A DNA stretch of 64,000 bases from Eledone cirrhosa (taxonomy: Eukaryota): contig OZ024740.1 of assembly GCA_964016885.1 (NCBI GenBank), forward strand, positions 365,738,001-365,802,000, in the 5' to 3' direction. A model generated the notes under the pieces. The model saw nothing but the letters and a program-made list of their open reading frames with translations. It was not told the origin of the DNA and did no database searches. Numbering within the stretch: position 1 is the stretch's first letter; each line of letters begins with the position of its first letter. Below, piece after piece: positions 56,272 through 64,000 of the stretch. A program made the translations under genes and the position numbers.

Positions 56272-57253
56272 ATGTGCAGGCTTCTACATAACCTGGACAC
56301 ATTTTTCCCAACTTGTAGAAAACTTATAATGAAACAATTGTTTGGAAAGGGAGATTTATTTTAATTATGTCTCATATAAAATAATACAACTGGCTATCCG
56401 CAAAAAAAATATAGTTAGCACCCCAAACGTAAAATTGGGATTATACTAAGGTATATCCTAATGTTTGTTGAGTGAGATGGAAACCAGTCAGAGTATAGCT
56501 TAAAGCTTTCTCTGTTAATGTATTAAATATTATACTCTTGATTTGGCCAGAGATGAATATTTCCAGATACCTTTTAAGTGTAACTTTCCGTATTTATTAT
56601 TACTATGAAATATTGATTGTTATTCTGGTATCATATCTCTGTTTTTAGCCTAAGAAAATACCTATATGCGTGTATAAATAATACATGCATATATTTATTT
56701 TTTAAAAATCTAATTGAGTTCTTCACACGCAAGGTTAAAATTATTGAAAAAATTAATTGACCCGCGTGCATATTATTCTATTATGTTTCGCGATGACCTC
56801 CCCTTTCCGCTTGAGGACAGTGTGAAATTTCTCATTCTGAGACTGCTGGAATTTCAAATTTGGTGGTCATTCTGATACGGAGAGGGACCATCACTAGACA
56901 CTGAATATTGAATATCGGTAAGAAAGTTTTTTTTATATCGATGTTTGACGGGCATCCACTGATGATTTATAAGTGCCCACCTGCATATATTCCTATGGAC
57001 TATGTGCAGGCTTCTACATAACCTGGACACATTTTTCCCTACTTGTAGAAAACTTATAATGAAACAATTGTTTGGAAAGAGAGATGTATTTTAATTATGT
57101 CTCATATAAAATAATACAACTGGCTATCCGCAAAATACATATAGTTAGCACCCCAAACGTAAAATTGGGATTATACTAAGGTATATCCTAATGTTTGTTG
57201 AGTGAGATGGAAACCAGTCTGAGTATAGCTTAAAGCTTTCTCTGTTAATGTAT

Positions 57254-57256
<3 letters not shown>
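56272..57256 (+). mobile_element. ~731-nt HHR element, head-to-tail 1.35-mer (HHR 56955-57076)
   Basis: 56272-56526 repeats at 57002-57256; homologous to 18267-19120. Confidence 0.82.
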
Positions 57257-57306
<50 letters not shown>

Positions 57307-57338
57307 AAATGTGTGTAATCCTTGGTACAGTTAGGTAT

Positions 57339-57672
57339 ATTAAGATAGGGGGGAAGAAAAAATGGCTTCACTTGTGCTTTCAACAAATTTATTTTCTTCA
57401 CAAAATCCAAAAAGAATTTTTCTTAAAAAAAATTATTTTATAAATTAAGTTGTTGGTTGTTGGTTAGGTCTTAGGAGTTCTTGGTTAACGTAGGAGGTAT
57501 TGTTTCGTTTTTAGAAAGACCTTTCACGCAAGAACTCCTAAGACCTAACCAACAACCAACAACTTAATTTATAAAATAATTTTTTTTAAGAAAAATTCTT
57601 TTGGGATTTTGTGAAGAAAATAAATTTGTTGAAAGCACAAGTGAAGCCATTTTTTCTTCCCCCCTATCTTAA
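57339..57672. repeat. Fold-back hairpin (~143-bp arms, ~45-nt spacer)
   Basis: 57339-57482 pairs with 57529-57672; the left side has a ~38-bp extension. Confidence 0.88.
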
Positions 57673-57742
57673 TATATATATATATATATATATATAACTA
57701 TATATAAATATATATATATATAACTATATATATATATATATA

Positions 57743-58070
57743 GAATGGAAAACGAAAATCAAGTGATGCATCGGAACTCAATTTATTGTGTTTTTACAAT
57801 TGTTTCCCCGGCAAACAGCTCGAGGTGTGATCTGTGTGTGGATCAACCTGACTTTAGACTCGCAGGTTCCTCGGACACGTCTATTGATTACAGAGCACAT
57901 ACTCTTTCTGCGGTTTCTGACCCTACAGGTCTATATCATCCACCTTTATCCGCTTTGCGCATCCTTGGGTTGGTCACTGGTTAGTGACCACTGGTAGCAG
58001 CCCGCTGACCGTCAGGGCATGAGCTGTCACTCACCCACTGTCTTGTCAGTAAAATTACTGCTGTTTGTCA
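57743..58070 (-). mobile_element. PLE-type 3' end with HHR-like motif (57793-57878, CCGAGGA core)
   Basis: CCGAGGA-acctgcgag...ttgccggg-GAAAC-aatt-GTA followed by aataaa. Stem I is weak. Confidence 0.55.
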
Positions 58071-58457
58071 GCTCACACTCCCACTCGCACACACACAGTG
58101 ATACTGACAGATACATACAGAGTAGCTTGTGTGCTTACGTTCACACCTGCACGCCCAGAAGCATACACACATATCCATGTGTACACATACACATAAATAG
58201 TCACAGAAATATATGCACACATGCAAACAGAGAGGCACACACACACACACACACATCCACACGCGTGTATATATGCACGCATACACGGACTCGTGTATAT
58301 ACATGCACACACACACACACGTACACATTCGTACATATACATACAAATACACGCACAGATATATATACATACATACACATACATACACACATATGCACAT
58401 CTGCACATATATATGCATATATACACACATACACATACATATATATATGCAAATATA

Positions 58458-58811
58458 TCATCATCATCATCATCATCACCGTTTTACGTCCGTTCTTCCA
58501 CGCTAGCATGGGTTAGACGGGTTGTCCTGTTGTGGGCAGTGTCTGGTCGGCTGACCATGCCTTGCTCATACAGGAACTGATTTGGCTTGATTTCTACAGC
58601 TGGATGCCCTTCCTAACACCAACCTCATTTACAGTGAGTGCTGGGTGCTTTTTCGTGGCGCCTACACGTCCACTTTACAGTGTGGGCTGGGTACTTTTTT
58701 GCCGTGGCACCTCCACGACCACCTTGCGGTGGGGGGTGTGGGGGCATATTGTTTATATGCTTCAGCTTGTACCCATGGGAGGTCAGGTACTCTGTATTAC
58801 TGCGTGACGCC
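58458..58811 (-). mobile_element. RTE family C 3' end
   Basis: Near-identical to 55034-55385. Confidence 0.9.
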
Positions 58812-58970
58812 ATATATATATATGCAAATATATGTATATATACATACAAATATATGTATACATATATATATACATAAATATATGTATATATACATATATA
58901 TACATAAATATATGTATATATATATATATATATATATAAATATATATACATAAATATATGTATATATATA

Positions 58971-60910
58971 CTCCAGTGCCACGGAACACCCGCCCATCGC
59001 CTTACGGTCGAACAACGCACTATCTTCATCTTACAGACCCACACTCCCCCCGGCCTGAACTCCCCACCCTTATTCCTTTAGCGTTCGACCGCCCCCCTCC
59101 CCCCACTAACACCACTAACACACCCCTCCTTTTCACCGCCCACCCCACACTAACAATACTAACACCTCCACTCCACCCCTCATCTGACCACCTTTCCCCA
59201 ACTAACATACTTACATCCCTTCCCTCCTCTCTTCTCCTCCCCCCCTCCTTATCACACGCAGACACGCACCCACTTACACCACCCACCCCACACGCAACTA
59301 ACATCACTAACACCCCCAACCCCACACCCTCGTACACCACCAACTCTACACACCCTACCACCACTAACCCCCACTCACACCTGCATTCCACCCCTCCCCA
59401 CCTCCCGTATACTAACACCCACTAACACCTCTTCACCAAACTACACACACACCAGTACACCACACTCCCTCCATAGAACCACACACACCCTTCTCTCCCC
59501 GCTCCACACTCACTCATCCCACTAACACCCCTACTAATACACACACACACACACACACCCTCCTCACTCCAACTCTCCCACCTACCCATCCTCGCCTCCC
59601 TACCATTCCGCCGACTGCTGCTATGCCCTTCCGACCACCTCTCAGCACCAACTGACGACAGCACTCCCACTGCTGACCACTTCCTGTTGCGCGCGCACCC
59701 CACATCTCTCCTCTTCCGACCACCGCTTCTTGGATTACCCACACGCGAAATTGACTTCTAACCAAATCTCCAAACATCCGTGGAACTTACCAACTTTTCA
59801 ACCATCCTCTTACACCATCACCTATATAACTCACCCACCCCCCCAATTTTTTTTTTTATCCACACGCCACCCACACCCACATTACGCTTAAACCACACCA
59901 CGTGCTTCCCACCACATATTTACACCCTCAGCCTCCTGATTCCTCTCCCCCCACCCCCCTATCCACACACGCACAGACACTCCGACCCACAAAAACACCC
60001 CCCACATACACCTTCCTGAACATGCAACCCCGTTCTTCCCCCAACCCTCACTTTCACATACACACACACACACGCACACCTAACCACACACACCACCTTC
60101 AGCCCTCCCCGCTCGGACACTCAGTCTCCCTCTCCCCACTCCACCCGCCACCACTCCTACTCACCCCACACCCTTCCACCACCTGTTTACCCCCCTTTTA
60201 ATTTCAGTTTATTTTGATCATGCCTTTATTTTTAAATTTTCTCATTCCTTGTATTTTGATCATGCTTTCATCATCATCATCATCATCAACGTTTAACGTC
60301 CGTGTTCCACGCTTGCATGGGTTTGGACGGGGGTAGTCCCACTTGAGGCAAGAGTGATTGTCTTGCTCGCATAGGACTGTCTGGCAGGTTTTCTACAGTT
60401 GGATGCCCTTCCTAACACCAACCACATTTACAGTGTGGGTCTGGGAGGTTTTTACCGTGTTGCCTACACGGCCACATTACAGCGTGGACTGTGTGTTTTT
60501 TTGTCGTGACACCTACACGATCTCATTTGTTTCGGCCTGGATGGCGCGGCACCAACATAACTTTACATAGAACGGGGTGGTGTGGATGGGGTGGGGGTGG
60601 TGGCGGGACGGGGTGTATTTTGTTAGAGATGCCTACTGGCAAGGCGGGTCTTCTCTGTTACTTTATTTTTATTTATTATATTTTTTGTCTTTATTTGTTA
60701 ATTTTTCATTCGCACCGTTTCCTTTCGCTATATGTCTCTCCACCACTCCCCTACATACCTTTTGAACTCTGTTCCCACACACTTCTCACCTGAAGAAGGG
60801 CTTATGCCCGAAACGTCGTCCCCCACCTACCCCTCACTCTCCTGAGCGTGAATTTAATAAACATTTATTGTACTGCCTCTCTGTTCTGTCCCTGTTCAAT
60901 TTTTCATTAT
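58971..60910 (+). mobile_element. Neptune-like PLE 3' portion, interrupted by an RTE tail
   Basis: 58983-59081 reads [21 protein letters not shown] (Neptune-type EN C-terminus). C/A-rich UTR. HHR CTGAAGA-agggcttatgccc-GAAAC-GTC at 60790-60817, then aataaa. Confidence 0.75.
60269..60660 (-). mobile_element. RTE family A 3' end
   Basis: Near-identical to 35877-36290. Confidence 0.93.
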
Positions 60911-60931
60911 ATATATATATATATATATATA

Positions 60932-61303
60932 AATATTGTTATATTTGGGGAGGGTCATATTTGCGTAATATTGCCAGAATTAATAACAGAACACACTCAC
61001 TATTTGGTGGGTTTTCGCTTCTCGCTGTCTTTTATATCTGCGATCTAACTTGCTTGGTCCTCAATGTGCCATTGACTGACCGGCGGTCAAAAATAATACA
61101 GATACAATATAGACACAAACACATATATATAGTTTACATAATTTACATAAATCTTTCGTTGCACATCTGCAACATCGTCAGTGGTGTTATATTCATTGTT
61201 CCTCCTGTTGTGTTGTATGTCTACGCCATTTTTTATTCAGTCTGTCTATATATTTCTTTATTTATTTGCTTGTTTGTTTATCTTATTTTATTTTGTCTTC
61301 TTT
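60932..61303 (-). mobile_element. pLTR fragment of the 25309-26278 PLE family
   Basis: Reverse complement of ~25925-26272, including the CTGACGA..GAAA core at 61153-61181. Confidence 0.88.
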
Positions 61304-61305
61304 TG

Positions 61306-61666
61306 TCATCATCATCATCATCATCGTTTAACGTCTATCTTCCACGCTAGCATGGGTTTAGACGGGAATTGTCCCACTTGAGGCAAGATTGGTTGTCTTG
61401 CTCGTATGGGACTGTCTGGCAGGTTTTCTATGGCTGGATGCCCTTCCTAACACCAACCACATTTACAGTGTGGAACTGGGAACTTATTACTGTGTTACCT
61501 ACACGGCCACATTACAGCGTGGACTCTGTGTTTTTTGGTCGTGACACCTACATGATCTTGATCTCATTATCTCATTTATTTGGACTGGATGTTGTGGTAC
61601 CAACTTTACAGAGAGAGGGTGGTGTTGGTGGGTGTGGGAGGATAGGGTAGGGGTAGTGGATTGGGG
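61306..61666 (-). mobile_element. RTE 3'UTR fragment
   Basis: Homologous to 12546-12908. Confidence 0.9.
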
Positions 61667-61685
61667 TATATATATATATATATAC

Positions 61686-61724
<39 letters not shown>

Positions 61725-61750
61725 CATAAATATATATATATATATATATA

Positions 61751-62162
61751 TAATAATAATAATGAAATTATTGTGTACAGTGCTCAGGTGCACTACAACT
61801 CATCAAAGGTGCATGTATAGTACATAAAATAATGTACAAATGTCAGGAAAGTGAACAGTGTATGAGTCATGATATACATGTGTACGTGTGTATGGAGGGG
61901 GAATATTAGGTGTAGTGTTGGCGAATCTCAGGTAGCATGGAGGTTTTAAAGGATGCAGTGTCTTGACAGCTAACAACTGAGGCAGATAATTTGTTCCATG
62001 CTTCAGTAACTCGAAAGTCTTCATAGCCGTGCTGTTTTCTGACTTTGTTGGCATTCTCACCTGTGTTAGACACATGGAAATCAAAAAGGTACTCAGGGTT
62101 GTTGTTGACAAGATGGTTAATGATTTTGTGGGTGTTTACCAAGTCTGTTGCCAGATGTCTGG
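61751..62162 (-). mobile_element. CR1-type LINE 3' end with (TTA)n tail
   Basis: RHLATDLVNTHKII...FRVTEAWNKL..VVS...SFK is the CR1 ORF2 C-terminal pattern. Confidence 0.8.
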
Positions 62163-62431
62163 TATAAATATAAATATATACACAAATATATATACATAAA
62201 TATATATATAAACGATGATGATGATATATATATACATAAATATAAAATACAATATGTTGAAAAGGTAACACACTAAAGAGAGATAGTGTGCCATCAATAA
62301 AACAGGGAAAACCACCAGTGTATGGAATCTATAATCTAAGGAAGGCAGGGTAGACATACAATAATTAAAAATATAAATTAATATATATATATATATATAT
62401 GAGAAGCGGTTCTTATTCGGGTACAACTTCT

Positions 62432-63060
62432 GATTTAGCCTAAGAAAATATCTATATGCGTGTGTAATTTATACAAGCATATATTTATTTTTTTTTTTTC
62501 AATTGAGTTCTTAAACACGTTGGATTGATAATGTTTTCAAAAAAACTAATTAACCCGCGTGTATATTATTATTTTTTTCCTCATTTCGTGGGTTGTCTCC
62601 CCTTCCCGCTTCGTGTCGCTATGATACTTCCTCAGTCAAAAACTGCTGGAATTTCAAATTTAGCGGTCATTCGAGGTGAGAGGGACCAACTTTACGGACA
62701 TGATTTTTGACAGCGGTAAGAAATTGTTTTCTTATATTAATGTTTAATGGGCTTCCACTGACGATTTATAAGTGCCCACCTAAATATATTCTTACATGAA
62801 TATATATTAGGCTTCTACATAAACTGGAAACATTCTCCCAAACTTGTAGAAAACTTATAATGAAACAATTGTTTGGAAAGAGAGATATACTTTAACTTTA
62901 ATTATATCTCATAAAATAATACAACTGGTTTTTCCACATTATACATATTGTTAGCACCCCAAACACTTAAATTGGGTTTATATTTTAATATAACCTAATG
63001 TTTGTTGAGTGAGATGGTTACCAGTCAGAGTTTAGCTTTAAACTATCTCTGTTATTGTAT

Positions 63061-63064
<4 letters not shown>
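62432..63064 (+). mobile_element. ~740-nt HHR family, 5'-truncated (HHR 62753-62878)
   Basis: ttcca-CTGACGA-tttataag...cttataat-GAAAC-aatt-GTT-tggaa; tail ctctgttattgtattaaa into (AT)n. Confidence 0.82.
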
Positions 63065-63128
<64 letters not shown>

Positions 63129-63149
63129 TATATATACATACATGTAATG

Positions 63150-64000
63150 GCTGTCAACTTGTGAGACAAGTAAGACCATCTTTGACAAATAATATCTTTA
63201 TTGGCAGTTGGGAACTCTGCAGTGATTTTAAAGCCTGCTAGGGACTTTTATGTTTTGTTGCATAAAATGCATTGGAATTGACTCCTTCCATTATTCGGCT
63301 CTTCAGTGTGATCTAGACCTTGAATATGTATTTTAGAAAGCCTTGTATATCTTGACTTATTCGAAAATTCCCTGCACCATATTCCACATCAGTTGCTTTT
63401 TTTTTATATGAGACACTATTTCATCATCTAGTGTGTAATACTGGTTAATTGTACTTCCCACATATGGAAACTTATGGACTACTTTGAGTTTTTGTCCATC
63501 TATGTGAATGGATGGTTCTATATAAGATCACAAAGTCGTTTGAAACATTGCTGCAGTTTTATTGAGGCTAATAGTTAAAAGGTTTTGTATGAACAAGATA
63601 GTCTATTCATTAAATTTTGCATGTCTGATATAGAACAGGTGATTAGACCGCTGTCATCAGCGTAAAGAAGATCGTGAATGAGAGTTTGAAGGACTTTTGT
63701 CTTTGCAGCAATATGCCTAATGTTGAAAAGCTTTCCTGAGGAGCGAAATTTGATAAATATGCTTTCATTACAGTCCTTAAAGGCATCAATAAGAACCACA
63801 GAGAAATAGATAGTGGTTACCTTGCTTAATACTATTTTAAACTTTGATTGGCCCTGAAATGATATCACCAATATTTACCTAAGCCTTCATGACATCATGG
63901 AAGGATTTGATTATATTAATAAAATATTCCAGGCATCCTAACTTGACAAGGATCTCCCACAGAACAGCTCTGTTCACTGTATTGAAGGTTTTTGTTAAAT
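63150..64000 (-). pseudogene. Old RTE-BovB-like RT fragment
   Basis: FRSSGKLFNI...AKTKV...IHDLLYADD; decayed. Confidence 0.8.

Noticed and set aside
58958-60201. Pro/Thr/His-rich mucin-like host gene
   Set aside because: It is low-complexity C/A-rich DNA lying between a PLE endonuclease end and its HHR, with no exon evidence.

Overview
Gene-free, repeat-saturated animal genomic DNA, probably an octopod cephalopod (inferred only from the SINE and RTE tail sequences). The window is a scaffold of (AT)n microsatellites holding about 60 retroelement insertions. These include at least three RTE LINE families whose RT carries a PHD-type finger, two long CR1-group LINEs with CCCH-finger ORF1 remnants, tRNA-derived SINEs, a maT/Tc1-mariner end, and many Penelope-like elements (PLEs). 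One PLE is an apparently intact Naiad-type element (775-aa ORF, ~99% identical pLTRs). The most notable signal is non-coding. I read more than 15 type I hammerhead ribozyme (HHR) or HHR-like cores. Several sit in ORF-less head-to-tail units of ~740 and ~528 nt, and a tRNA-headed 257-nt unit has a similar layout; these look like retrozyme-type passengers of PLE machinery. Many short fold-back insertions turn in or beside the HHR. No host protein gene is supported. The long YI/IY ORFs are microsatellite artefacts. All calls are by eye and coordinates are approximate at element edges.
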